Positions 1 to 12,333 are shown, counted from the stretch's first letter. The stretch: DNA of 64,000 nucleotides from Mayamaea pseudoterrestris (GCA_027923505.1 BROI01000010.1:806001-870000); one strand, 5' to 3'. Program-made: numbers and translations. Notes: a model not told the origin generated them from the letters alone.

Positions 1-1306
1 CCAAGACCAGCCAAGAATCCAGCACACTCCAGACTGATGTAAGAGGCACCGACGCATAGAGTCTTTCCAGGGCTCTCTTCTAAAGAAAAAACATCGTCAG
101 ACGAAATAGCAAGCTCGCCGCCTTCACATTCCAAAGGGGATGGGCGGCCACCAGTCGCAATCAAAAAGCGCGATGATGTGATAGTAGTCGTCTGCCCCTT
201 GCGATCCGTCGCTTCAATGGTATGCGGATCAATGAATTTCGCAAGCTTGTTTAGATAAGTAACATTCTTTTCTCGCAGCCGCACTCTATATTTAAAGTTA
301 AGTCCACGTATGTAGTTTTGTATATTTTCGCGTACAATTGACCACGCCACGCGCGTCTTGATTTCATTGTTTCCGTCATGGTCGCCACCTGTCTCGGCTC
401 CAAACATGATCCCATACCCGGGCATGTCGGCATGTATTGATTCTCTGAGAAGTGCGCCGGCATGAAGAAGCTTCTTTGGGATGCACCCTGCAGGAGGAAA
501 ACAAAATGTGAGTGGTAGTTGTGCAGTGTCAAGCAGCAACACCTCCAACGTACCAACATTAACGCAGGTACCACCCAAGCCCCAAGTGGTCCCATGTGGA
601 CTGGGTCGCACAAAGTCCAAGCAAGCCACCTTGGCGCCTAGCGCAGCCGCCTCCTTTGACGCTGCCATGCCACCCGAGCCGCCTCCTATGACGACGAAGT
701 CATAGTCGTAATTATGGTTTGGCGCGTGTCCATCGTCGACCATTGTAGCCGTCACTTCTTTTTCCTTGTCGGATGGAGCAAGAAAGGTTCGACACCAGTC
801 GCTGTAAAGTGCAAGTGAAAAGTAGCCAGAGAGCCAATCAGTCAGTCAGCAGTCAGATGCCATGCGACGGACCGGTTCATCCTACTAAACTTACAGAGTA
901 TCATCATGCCCACCAAGGAAGGAGTGAATCTCGTCCTTGACAAGGCCGTCGCTCTCCGACTTTGTAAACCAGCACATTGGTGATGTTGAATGTGTCTGCG
1001 CCAACGGATCGGTAAAGCATGTCCGAAAGCCATCATCACCAAGCAGCCAGGCTCGATACGTCGCTCGATCCTCAAAGGTATGCGGAATCACCTTGATACG
1101 ATGCGGAAATAAGATGGCAACGGATCGAAGAACGCTCACGGCCCTTGTGAAGAACCCACCTGCGACTCAGCGAAACGTGGATGAGTAAAAGGTCGAGCGT
1201 TTTGGTAAGAAGGCAAGTAGCCTTGACGCTCCGTTGCATTCAAATTTTAAATCTACTTACAGCTGTCATAGCCTGCTACATGGAGAACCTTTCGAGGGCC
1301 CGCCAT
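1..1306 (-). CDS. TXNRD: Thioredoxin reductase (large, animal/apicomplexan type) with N-terminal glutaredoxin-like domain (TGR-like); 3' end lies outside the window
   Basis: Spliced by hand: exons 1306-1261, 1159-895, 801-554, 487-<1, all with GT..AG introns in matching phase. Translation: MAGPRKVLHVAGYDSCGFF...FLGGHDDTLDWC...YDYDFVVIGGGSGGMAASKEAA (FAD-binding GxGxxG), WGLGGTCVNVGCIPKKLLH (redox CVNVGC), IATGGRP, KTLCVGASYISLECAGFLAGL. Confidence 0.93.
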
Positions 1307-1918
1307 GGTGATTCGCGTCGGTCGCCTCAACTCGTCTCGTCTCGCCTCACCTTCGCTGTCAATGGTCCGTGGACGCGAATGCGACGGACGTCCTTCATGG
1401 CGCGCCTCGAGGGACATACCGGTCCGATATGTACACAAAACGCCACAGTTCACTTGAACCAAGAAATAAATGCAATACTCGTACAATAATAGACGATTTT
1501 CCCTGCCAGGGATAATCTTTGTATTCTTTGCCTCATTGGCAAATGTGCCATGCCATGTTGATCTTTCGTTCCAGGCAATAACTACAAACTCTACCTAGGT
1601 TTCTCGTTTTGACAGCTCGGAGTTTTCATTGACATGAACAGAGCTCAAACGCGGCGGATTGGATGGACGGATGAAATAGCACAGGAATTTACAGGCTGCG
1701 GGCAATGATATGACTGTAGCAAGCGTCTGGAAGAGTTGTCGAGGATCTGCCAGAAGCTTGTGCGAACGGATCGACCGAGTCTTTTGTTCTTCCCGCTCTA
1801 CTCACTGCCAAACATATGGATAGCTATCGTACGAGCACACATTCATGTATCAACACGATATAATATATATATTAATCAACTGTATCATCTCTCCCGTATG
1901 AATCGCCACAGAGTCATT

Positions 1919-2133
1919 TCAAAAGAATTCATCCTTGTCAATGCGTGGACGCAACTTTTCGTATTGGTCCTTTGTCGGCGGCCCATATTTGGGCGGATGA
2001 TTGCGCAGCACATTCTGGTTTACCTTCTCCCAAGTGTTCAACATGGATCCCGTCTTTTTCGTATACATTGTAAAGCCGGCGCTAGATGCAAGCACGACGA
2101 GAAAGAGAGGAAGCGCCCATGACGATGGTTCAT

Positions 2134-2170
<37 letters not shown>

Positions 2171-2260
2171 TGTTCGTGGAATACCGGTATTCGGCTCGGC
2201 ACTTGCCTTCAGATCCTTATCTGGCGGAGGTCGTGGTGTATTAAAGGCCGGATTTGACAT
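1919..2260 (-). CDS. Small single-pass membrane protein of unknown function (about 113 aa)
   Basis: ORF from ATG 2260 (MSNPAFNTP...) with a poly-Thr tract, one hydrophobic segment (WALPLFLVVLASSAGFTMY) and a charged C-terminus. Divergent from UTP11. Confidence 0.65.
2134..2163. repeat. (TCG)10 microsatellite encoding poly-Thr on the minus strand
   Basis: Ten perfect TCG units read directly from the sequence. Confidence 0.95.
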
Positions 2261-2715
2261 GATCAAACTAGTTCGTGCAAGACCTGATTGAGATTGCAAA
2301 TGTCGCTTCTCGCTCGCGCCTTCTCGTTTCTCGTTTGCTCCCTGAGTGGTCGATAACGTTTTCTATGCTCTTTAGGCTCTTCAATGCCCATCAATTGCTG
2401 TGATATCATACAGAGTGATATTGGGTCACGTTGTTTTGCTGTAATGGCAAGATCAAACCGAAGGCGCCTTCAGAGAATGTTCGATCGCCGCTACCGCGTC
2501 GATTGTCGTCGATTTCACATCGTTCTTCGGTGCGACACTAAAAATGTCTTTTCATTCACGCATTTTAAACGCCGCCTGCGTCCATCACCACACAAAAAAA
2601 TCTGCAAGCAAGAAGTTGGATGCCAAAAATTGCCATCACACTTCTTCTATAACCATTACACAGACTATTATTGTCTATTCCTGTATTATTACTGACTACA
2701 GTCAGATTTGTCATC

Positions 2716-3588
2716 ATGTCGTCACTCCGTAACGCTGTCAAGCGCGTCACACACAAGGAACGCGCCCAGCCGCAGTCTCGATCGCACCTTGGCTGTTTGG
2801 AGAAGCACAAGGACTACAAGGTTCGCGCCCAAGACTATCATCGCAAGGAGGATCGCTTGAATAAGATGCGTACAACTGCTGCCATGCGAAATCCTGATGA
2901 ATTTTACTTTGGAATGAAAAATGCGCAAGTCAAAGACGGACATCACAAGAAAACGCGTGAGGCCAACCAGAAGGAGTTTGACAGAGCCATCGGCAGTGAT
3001 ACTATTCGTCTCATGAAGGATCAAGACTTGAGCTACATTCGCATGCAAAAGCAACGAGACGCGAAGAAGATAGAGCGCATGCAATCATCGCTCCAGTTTC
3101 TCGACGAAGGTGGGCATGGGAATAATAATTCGTCCAGTTGTCGGAAGCATACCATTTTTGTGGAAGATAGTGAGAAAGCGGAGAATTTTGATGTGGCGGA
3201 GCACTTTGACACAATACCGGCGCTGGCTGACCGGACGTTCAACCGACCTCGAGTGTCGCAACTTCGAGACGCTGCCATGCAAGCTGCAGGTAGCAGCACC
3301 AAACATCGAAATGATGGCACTGTTGAGCAATTAGCCATCAAGAGTAAAGCTGGTTTGCAAAATCTAGCCAAGAATGCACGCAAGCAAGCCAACGCATTAG
3401 CGCGCGCCAAGTCTAGCATGTATAGCGAATTAGAGGCGCGGACAAAGCGCGTGGGCGAATTGAGCCGGGCCGAGGCTCATTTGGTGACGGAGAAGCTGGT
3501 TGCCTCAAAGGGACGGAAACGTAAGGTCAAGGAGGCAATGGATGGTCGACCAGCGCAGTATGTGTGGCGAAGGAAGCGACTTGGATAG
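2716..3588 (+). CDS. UTP11: U3 snoRNP / SSU processome protein UTP11
   Basis: MSSLRNAVKRVTHKERAQP..LGCLEKHKDYKVRA.DYH..RNPDEFYF and C-terminal YVWRRKR match UTP11 motifs. True start is ATG 2716. Confidence 0.95.
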   Translation: MSSLRNAVKRVTHKERAQPQSRSHLGCLEKHKDYKVRAQDYHRKEDRLNKMRTTAAMRNPDEFYFGMKNAQVKDGHHKKTREANQKEFDRAIGSDTIRLMKDQDLSYIRMQKQRDAKKIERMQSSLQFLDEGGHGNNNSSSCRKHTIFVEDSEKAENFDVAEHFDTIPALADRTFNRPRVSQLRDAAMQAAGSSTKHRNDGTVEQLAIKSKAGLQNLAKNARKQANALARAKSSMYSELEARTKRVGELSRAEAHLVTEKLVASKGRKRKVKEAMDGRPAQYVWRRKRLG

Positions 3589-3953
3589 ATAATGATGTGT
3601 ATATTATTCACGGTCAAGCAAGATACATTTAAGATACCCTACTAGCAGCTGCCAAAAAGTAGTGTACTTTCGTCTTACTATAGTAAACAATCGCATTCAG
3701 TATATGTATTGGCAATGTACAAGTATTTATCGGTAGACAAAGTTGCTTCATCACTTTCAGTGGTCGGGTGCTGGACAGAGTAGTTTTTGGGCAAGTGCAA
3801 AGTGCAAACTCGCCAGGGTGGAAGGCGGGAGGCAGAATCTCATTTTTGGCAACGCAGCAACGACAGCTGTAGCAAGTTACATCATTGCAAAATCTGCTAT
3901 GCATATGTAGTCAATGCAAACAAAGAGACTGTCCATGTAGGATGCTAGGGTGC

Positions 3954-4488
3954 TTATTGCTCATCTATCTGCTCTCGAACCAAATGCTCAATTGACTGGC
4001 AGCTCTGAGCGTATTATAAAGAAAAGAGGCGACAGATGGTAAAAGATAGAAAGGCTTAGTGTTAGCATGATATATTCGATTCATGGACTTACCTTCATCA
4101 TTTCTGTACCAGTCTGTGAGAGCAGTACAAAAAACATGCGAGGTTCGTCGCCGTCAATCGAAAGATCATCCGTCCAATTTACGGCAGCAGCGTCATGCTG
4201 ACTTGATTCGTAATCGTCAAATGAATCCAACGACTGGATGCTTTCTGTCTTTGCAGTCGATAAACTGCCATCCTTGTAATTAAAGTCGTCGGCATTTGTG
4301 CACGCGGTTCCATCGCCATGCTGCGAACGGTCCAGCTGCGCCAGCGATTCAAGCACCAATGGACTGGCTTCAAGAGGGGGCGCTCTCTCCTCAAGCGTCA
4401 TTTTCTTCCTTGTCGTCATGTAGTAATGGACCATTACTTGCATTAGAATGACTCCAAGCCAAGCGAATAGGGAGAGTGTCATCTCCAT
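3954..4488 (-). CDS. Small two-exon protein with N-terminal membrane anchor, unknown function
   Basis: Exon 4488-4093, intron 4092-4005 (GTAAGT donor, TGCTAAC branch, pyrimidine tract, CAG), exon 4004-3954 giving SCQSIEHLVREQIDEQ*. Hydrophobic N-terminus (LSLFAWLGVILMQVMVHYY). Confidence 0.6.
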
Positions 4489-5160
4489 TGTGTGGGGTCG
4501 TTTGCGTTCCGAGGAAATATGAGCAACGACAGATTCTTTGCAGCGTGAGTGGCGCAGATCCTATATACAGAATGATCAGGTCACACAGTCGATCGCTGTC
4601 AAGTTGAACAAGTGAGTATTGTACGGACGAGCGGGTGCTTCGTAAGGTAACGTAATGTGAGTGGACGCCATTCGGGCTGTCGATCTCGAGAGACGCAAGC
4701 GACCCACAGCAAATGGGCTGCGAAAAATGTCGCTCGCCTACTTAGGGGAGTGTGCTGTTCTGCAGCCAATCATAATGCAAGTTGAAGGTATCTTCACTGC
4801 GGCACCGCATTTTGTGTGCTAGCTATCCTTCCGTCCCTTTACCATCAGTCAATGCGATATCAAAATAAAAAGGACTTCTTCAATGTTTTATATTCTTGAT
4901 CTACCGGTAGCTTAAGCAGGCTGCTGCTTTGAACTTTTTGAGTACTAAAAAACTGTAAGTTATAAGTACCATTTCTTGTGACCGGTAGTTGCATGCATAC
5001 AATCGTGCTCGTGGAGCTTTCATATGCAGGCACGCCTCTCAGCTGTTTCGTCGCAAAATTGTGACTGCTGCACATATCCTTTGTTTCGCTGCACAACGAC
5101 AAGTATCAAACATTGCCAACGAAAGGCGTCGGTCTTCCAACAAACTGGTTTTAAAATACG

Positions 5161-7971
5161 ATGAAGCAAGGTGAGAGCAAGTGAAGTGGACGCTTTCAAA
5201 GCTTCGTCTATTGATGCGCGGAAAAGACTCACTTGTTCGGCAGCAGCAAAGTGCACTAACATGACGCGCATGCCGTGTGTTTGTTTACCTTCACAGTCGA
5301 GCTTGTTGAAAAGGAGGAATCGTTTGACGAAGTTCCTGAAGAAACCAACGAACGAGTGCAAAAAGAGGCTTTAAACCAATCCAGTGTCAATGGAAGCTCG
5401 CAGTCACCACTGAACTTACAACTAAAGAACAAATGCTCAACGAGAGTTCCACGACGACTCGCCATGATTCTTCGAGCCTTCTTCTGTGATGTTCCCTTAC
5501 TATTGGTATTTCTCGTCTACGCTTCTCTCCTGTGGCTATCACATGTTTATGATAACTACCTCTACGAGCAACTACAAGCCATGCATATTTCCCAAGAGCG
5601 TCGAGCCACTGAAATAACATACTATACGCGGACCTGCTCGGAAGAAGATGTGACAGCCAAAAGTGGAGCAGACTTGTATCTGTCAATGAATGCTACTGCT
5701 GACCAGGCCTACAATCATCAGCTGCTACATGGTTTCACCGTCTTTCCCAGTGTCTTGACTCCTGCCACTGCAAATGCTTTGCGCCAGCATGTTGTCGAGC
5801 GGAACACTTTTAATGCTTCCGACGAAGAGTCGATTCATTTGATCGCGCATGACAATCGATACTCATTTGGGTTGCAGTCCTCGTTTCCGGCTGTGTCGAA
5901 TGCCTTGATTGAAATCGCCAATCACCGCCTCTTGCGACCCGCTCTAGAAAAAATTTTGGGCCGGAACCCAACTTTGATTGAAATGACCGCCATTACAAGC
6001 TCCTTCGGTGCCGTCGATCAGCATTGGCACGAGGACGTTGTTCCGACGGGATCGGCTGCTCAATATGCCAGAACATTTGGTCCCATCTACAGTTTGTTTG
6101 TGCCCTTGCAACTCACTACCAAGGCCATGGGTGCGACAGATGCTTGTCCTGGAACGCACTACTGCTCGGCTGCTGGAACGGACATCGTCTGCGGGCAGCA
6201 TGGAATTGCCATGGTGGGCGAGGATGGAGTTTGGCCTGCGGGCGATGGACTATTAATGAATATGCAAGCGTTTCATCGCGGAACGGCACACACTGATCCA
6301 TCTGGCCCTGATCGAGTCATGCTCATTTTGTCATTTACGAACCGGCAACGCCGGGCCGAGTCTCGACAGCTGTCACAAGGATACTCCTATAGTCTTCGTT
6401 GGGACCAGTATGGACATACGTTGAATGACATGTCCAAGGCGGATCGTATCATGCACAAGCCATGGACACTCTTGCGGACGCTCGGGTTGTTCAAGCTTCC
6501 TGGTACGGAATGGGGCATTGACTATGTCACGAGCGCGTGCATGCGCATCGCCAATGAAGATTATGGATTTAGAGAGGATGATTTAAATGACTTCTTGGAA
6601 CGAGGAGGCATCTGGTGGATTCCAACATTTCTCCAGGCGCAGCTCACGGATGACTCATACTCGTGGTATGATTACTTTCATGATACTGGCAAGCTATGTC
6701 TGAACTTCTTCCAGTCCAAACTGGTGCCGGGCTTTGCAGGAATTTATCTTTTCCTTTATACGATTGTTAGCGGGTTCTCACGTGAAGATCGATTGACTGC
6801 CACGGCAAGGAATGCTATTGTTCGCCTGTTTGTGTTGGGGTGCATCGTGTTTATTCTCTATCGACTGGCTATTATTCGCGTCGACAGTTCAGATTGGGCA
6901 AAAGACTTACGTCAAAAAAAGCGATACCGTGGAGTGATCAAGAATCAACGCTTGTTCGGGATAAAGAGTGAAGGTCCATCAACATTGCCCCATCGCCGCG
7001 ATGTTTTAATTGAGACGCGGTACGGGTCAGACACTCTGGCCATGTACGAAGACTACATTGATGGGCATCCAGGAAATCGGTTTTTTCGAGAGTATGTTAC
7101 TGGTGCGGCTGACTCCTTTCACCAATATCCCGAATTTTTAAAGAACGCTAGCGCTTACTATGTCTTTCAGGCCGTGAAGGACAATCAGGGTCGCTTCCTG
7201 TACCAAGGTCCAACGGGAGCTTGGGAGTGGATGACGGATGCCAAATCGATTGCGTATGTTCGGATGATATTGGCTACGCATTCGCACCCAACGAAGAAAA
7301 TGTTGGCCCGTGCGCTCCGTCGCCTTGTTAGCAATGTTATGTACGGCATACACAGCGAGACAAGGATGGCGCAAGGGCATACCGTTCCGTACTTGCAGCA
7401 TTTAAAAGTCAAGATAATTAGAAGCGATGGATATGAAGTCAAGCACTCACAACTGTCAAAAAAAGATTCCTCATCGCAGCTGCGGTCGTTTCTATCGCTC
7501 GAGTCGTTGCCGATTCTCAACAGGCGCATGGTCGCTGAGCATAAGAGTCCCTTACCGCCTCATGCAACACTCATGGAACCCGATGTCGGTGCTTGGCTTA
7601 CTGTCGATGATTTGGTTGAGTGTATGGATGATGATAACGACGATGACGTTGTGTATTGGTATCCCGCAATAATCGAGTCCATTACAGCCACCGGCGACTA
7701 TTTTATTCATTGGGCCGCCGGAGGAACAGGAACGTGTGAGCTGGGCTATGTGCGACCTTTTCGCGGCTACGTTGCTGGGCAAGAACTCGAGCTTTACCAT
7801 GGCGGCAATGACGGCCAGCTTGAATGCACTGTGCTTCGAGTAAATGACGATGGAACCTACGATTTATATTTTGCTGACGGCGAGATACTTCGAAACATAG
7901 GCATTGAATTTTTACGTCATACCGCCGACGAAAGCGACTCAGAGATTGCCAAATACAAGACTGCGTACTGA
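5161..7971 (+). CDS. Membrane-anchored PhyH-like Fe(II)/2-oxoglutarate dioxygenase with a DUF6824-like region and C-terminal Tudor/SH3-like domains
   Basis: Short first exon 5161-5170 (MKQ), intron 5171-5296, then the long ORF. DQHWHEDV (HxD), CPGTH, GD.LLMN..FHRG and DRVMLILSF give a PhyH-type triad. Three hydrophobic segments. DVL...HPGNRFFR...GRFL...W resembles diatom DUF6824. DLVEC...WYPAIIESITATGDYFIHW and TVLRVNDDGTYDLYFADGE are Tudor-like. Confidence 0.75.
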
Positions 7972-7994
7972 TTTAACTCTTTATACACATCACT

Positions 7995-8972
7995 TCAGCT
8001 ACTTAAATTTAAGATGGGTGGCATGTTGGCGACTCGCGTGTACATGTTTTCCCTATCGTCCGCGCGTTTTGTGCAAGCAATTTCGAACTCATACTGGACA
8101 GGAGGAACGTGATCGACAGGGCCGCCTACAATCTCAAAAACCTTGGCAAGCGCAGATCGTAACATCCCTTCGCCCATGTCCTGGAATGAAAGTGTAAGAA
8201 AAACGGTAGAACCTTGCCACTGGCACTGCATGTACTGCAACAATCCAATCCGGGGCGATTCTCACCTCAATGCGCTGACGCTCAATTACGGCGGCCGAGT
8301 CATTGCCAATCGGTCTTGGTGTATTATTAACTACTATTCGTATCACCCATTGCTCAAAGCTGTGCAAGCGAAAGAACTTAAATAGGTGAGCTTGAAATTT
8401 TGCCATGTAAGATGTAAGGTCTCGCTTCAAGTGCAGTACATACACGACTTTTTCTTCGTGGGACATGAGACCAAAAAGCTGACGCGAGGCTCTTCTCTCC
8501 AAGAAACTCAATGTCAAGCATCCCTAAAAATGAAATAATGAGAAACAGCTTCTCCATTGTGGAGGAAACTACTCTAACCTCACACGCTTCATCGTACGTA
8601 CGCTGAGTAACTCAGGCCCAATCTGCGAGAGACTACGAAGAAACGTTTCAATCGCTTGATTTATTTTTTGATCAAGATCATTTTCGAGGGACGACCGTGG
8701 CGCGTGGGTGCCTAACGTGGCGGAAATGCGAGTGTATGTGAGCCGAAACCCTTCACATTCAACCTGAGACGGCTTGACTGGTCCTGGCGATCGGATGCTG
8801 TAGTATTCCACAGCAACAAAATTAAGAGACAGCAGAAGCGAGAAATTCAGACATTCTATCGTGCTTATCTTTAAACTTACAAGAGAATGGTATGCAGAAT
8901 GCACTGCAATGCTTCACGGACTTGGCCTGTCGACAGCTCTAGCTCAGGAATGTGGTGCTCCTTGCAGTTCAT
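7995..8972 (-). CDS. ATG101: Autophagy-related protein 101 (HORMA), multi-exon
   Basis: ATG 8972: MNCKEHHIPELELSTGQVREALQCILHTILF|IRSPGPVKPSQVECEGFRLTYTRI...DQKINQAIETF...LSFLERR...FEQWVIRI...VDHVPPVQYEFEI. The pieces are joined by GT-AG introns. Confidence 0.9.
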
Positions 8973-9557
8973 GGGGCAACAGGTGAAGTGGTCTTGCGAC
9001 TTTCAATAGACCAGTACGAAGTGTAAGCTGTCAAATAAGCTGTGCGCCAAGGTGACTGGTGATGTAACTGGTCGTGGCAGCGGCGTCGATGTGCAATTCA
9101 ATAACACCTGTCACAGCGGTTGTGATTGATCCACGAGTTCTGTCATACCGGTACTACTTGGAACTGAATCGTCACAACTAAAATCTTGACACTGCTGCAA
9201 AGGAGCCTCTGTGGTTGTGCCAGGTCTATCAGTCGTAGATCATCTACCTGTACAGGTAGAAAAGATGCTAATGGGTAGTATTGTTTGTTTCATCGACAGT
9301 GAACTGCCACGCAGCTAGGTCAAACCAACGGAGATCTCTTTTGGGTCAGACCCCGGTCACTCGGCGCTCGCATCGAATGTCGCAAAGGTTCTGACGTACT
9401 TGAATGACGGCGCGCCTTGACAGCACCGCAAACTCGACGTGCACGTCGTCGCCCAATTCGCATGACGACGTACTGTATACATTCATACGGTTAGCTTTGC
9501 TTGTTCGCCCTGTCCATATTGACCAAATACCAAGATACTCAACACTTCTAGAGTAAT

Positions 9558-10693
9558 ATGATCCGACGTAGTGTATTTGCCTTTATGCTTTCTGCACGAT
9601 TCGCATCGGCTTTCGTCCCTGCGGTTCGATCGACGACGCGACGAATTTCATCGGCTGTTTGCGCTTCTGACAATGACTTTGAGGACTTTAAAGCAACGAC
9701 AGCCTTTATGTTTCCCGGCCAAGGTGCTCAATACGTTGGCATGTGCGCGGATCTTGTCAAGCAAGTGCCGAAAGCAAAAGAACTCTTTAACGAAGCGAGT
9801 GAGATTCTAGGGTATGACCTTCTCCAGGTCTGCATTGACGGCCCCAAGGAAAAACTTGATTCGACAGTCGTCTCGCAACCTGCCATATTCGTGGCATCTA
9901 TGGCAGCTGTCGAAAAGCTTAAGCAAGAGCAAGGGCAGGAAGCAGTCGATGCCGCCACGTGTGCAATGGGCTTGAGCTTGGGCGAGTATTCGGCCCTTTG
10001 CTTTGCCGACGCCATCTCCTTTGCGGACGGCGTAAAGATCACCAAGGCTCGAGGTGAAGCCATGCAATCTGCGTCAGATGCTGCTGATTCTGGCATGGTT
10101 TCCGTCATTGGTTTAGACAAGGAACGGGTGGCTGAGCTATGTGCGGCAGCCTCACGTATATCGGGTAAACAGATTCAGATTGCCAATTACCTTTGTAGCG
10201 GCAATTACGCTATCAGTGGCGCTACTGAGGCCTGCGCCATCGTCACTGAGATTGCCAAGCCTGAGTTCAAGGCTCGCATGACGGTCAAGCTTGCTGTCGC
10301 TGGTGCTTTTCACACAGATTTTATGAAGCCGGCCGTTTCCGCTTTGGAGCAAGTGCTCGCTGGAGTTGAAATCAAAAGGCCACGCATCCCTGTCGTGAGC
10401 AACGTGGACGCCAAGCCACACAGCGACCCAGAGACAATTAAAAAGCTGCTAGCGACGCAGGTATGTGATCACAAGCTCGCCTACTAGTTTTATGTCAAGT
10501 TGTTTTGCGTCACATCCTTTGCACTCACTCCTTCCCCTAACAGGTAACTAGTCCAGTACTTTGGGAAAATACCATGGATCTTGTCCTCTCCAAAGACTTT
10601 GGCAAGGCCTACGAGCTTGGACCAGGAAAGGTTACGGCAGGTATCCTGAAACGATTCAGCAAGACTGCCGAATGCATTAATGTTGAAGCCTAG
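9558..10693 (+). CDS. fabD: Plastid malonyl-CoA:ACP transacylase
   Basis: AFMFPGQGAQYVGM, SQPAIF, GLSLGEY (GxSxG), AGAFH. Intron 10461-10543, then VTSPVLWE...ELGPGKV...NVEA*. Bipartite targeting peptide ASA-FVP. Confidence 0.96.
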
Positions 10694-10958
10694 GATGCGC
10701 AATGATTGATTTCGCTTCATTCAAATAGCTAACAGTAACTAATTGCATGGTATCTATCATGTTGTAGGTCATATGCACCGGTATTATACGGTGTAGTCGT
10801 ACTATGCGTCGGTTTAATGAATTGATCCTTCTCATTGCCGCTGCGTCAGCCGAAATGCCTGTTTCAGTGAAAATCACGCCGATGCTAAACAACTCACACC
10901 ACAAGATACTCTACATCCTCTGTCGCTTGGTTGGGTTAGTTATACGAGTGTTAACGCA

Positions 10959-11705
10959 ATGATGTTGCGCTTGAAAGACAGAGTCAGACCAGGCGTTTCC
11001 AGGCGCGACGATTTTCCACTCGTTCCACATCTTTCGGCCCTGTTGATTGTCGACATACAAAAGTACCTTTCGGATGAACATGACAATGCAGTTCAGTCGC
11101 CTGCTCACTCTTCTTTTGTTAGAGAATCGCTTCCTCGTGCCATTGACAACATTCAAAGAGTCGCCGATCTTTTTCGCCTGCGTCGCGACAATGCTGCCAA
11201 GACGGACAAAGAACAGCATTCACAGTCAGCATGTTGTGGCTGTGAAGTCATGTGGACCTATCTGCAAGCACGAACGAGAGACTGTCGGGACATCAGCTTG
11301 GATTACAAGTTATCGGGTCCCGCCTTAGCCAATATTCCAGGAGTAGACGTCACGTTGGACCAACTTTTCCTCGATTACTTTAGACCCAACATGACTTCCG
11401 GCAAGGGCGACATCCTTCTGCCGAAGACCTCCTGTTCCGTATTTCAATCTACCAATCTCGACTATGTATTGAGAAACCTTGGAATTGAGCAACTCGTCAT
11501 TGTCGGACAGTTGACGGACCAGTGCATTGAAGGTGCTGTGCGCGATGCGGCAGATTTGGGATTTTTTGTTACCGTGATTCATGACGCTTGCGCAGCGCAA
11601 TCTCCAGTCGCCCACGAAAAGGGCATTGAATCCATGAAAGGCTTTGCTCGCATCGTATCAACTATGCAAGTCCTTCAGGAGCTACAGCTGTCGGCCGGCG
11701 CGTGA
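10959..11705 (+). CDS. Isochorismatase-family cysteine hydrolase (amidase-like)
   Basis: ALLIVDIQ (Asp), PKTSCSVF (Lys) and GQLTDQCIEGAVRDAADLGF (Cys) form the catalytic triad. Intronless. Confidence 0.9.
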   Translation: MMLRLKDRVRPGVSRRDDFPLVPHLSALLIVDIQKYLSDEHDNAVQSPAHSSFVRESLPRAIDNIQRVADLFRLRRDNAAKTDKEQHSQSACCGCEVMWTYLQARTRDCRDISLDYKLSGPALANIPGVDVTLDQLFLDYFRPNMTSGKGDILLPKTSCSVFQSTNLDYVLRNLGIEQLVIVGQLTDQCIEGAVRDAADLGFFVTVIHDACAAQSPVAHEKGIESMKGFARIVSTMQVLQELQLSAGA

Positions 11706-12235
11706 GGCAGATAAAGAGTCTTTGTGACTGTGTGTGAGGCCCCGGCTCATTCTTTGATGCAGGTCGACAAACGTTTGCTGGCTCAAGAAGTTGCTGCGGA
11801 AGGTGTGACTACGTGAATGCTGCGCAGACGCTTGAATGGAAACATGAAAATATAAGGGTACTGTTGTGATGATAAACGCTTTACGGTAGAATTTACTCGT
11901 CCAATTTTGTTCCGGAAGATGGTTGGCATGATAGGTTAATGACATATCATAGTGGCTACGCTTTTACAGATAAGGCACTGCGATTGTTTTAAGGATACGG
12001 ACCTGTCGGCTGTACAATATATTTTGCAATTCAGCATTTGAGCGTGACTTATTCGTGCGCGAAATCCTATGTCCGTCGACCGCTTTGAAAAAAGGCACGC
12101 CCATATGGCGACCTCAACTCTGCATGCCTGTTATCGGAGCCTCTCTTTGACGCGCATTTATTATCTTTCTGCTAACTGCAAAGTTCCAAAGTAAATCGCA
12201 AGCGACGGCGATCAATGGAACAAACCAAAGAACGA

Positions 12236-12333
12236 ACCTTTTGGACGGATCATTGTCATTGCGAACGATCGAGCCCTTTCTCGCACCTTTTGCATGGATC
12301 ATTGTCATTGCCAGCAATTGAGCCCTTTTTCGT
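12236..12333. repeat. Imperfect 49-bp tandem duplication (2 copies), intergenic
   Basis: ACCTTTTG..GGATCATTGTCATTGC...GAGCCCTTT.TCG occurs twice. GGATCATT is at 12247 and 12296. Confidence 0.85.
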
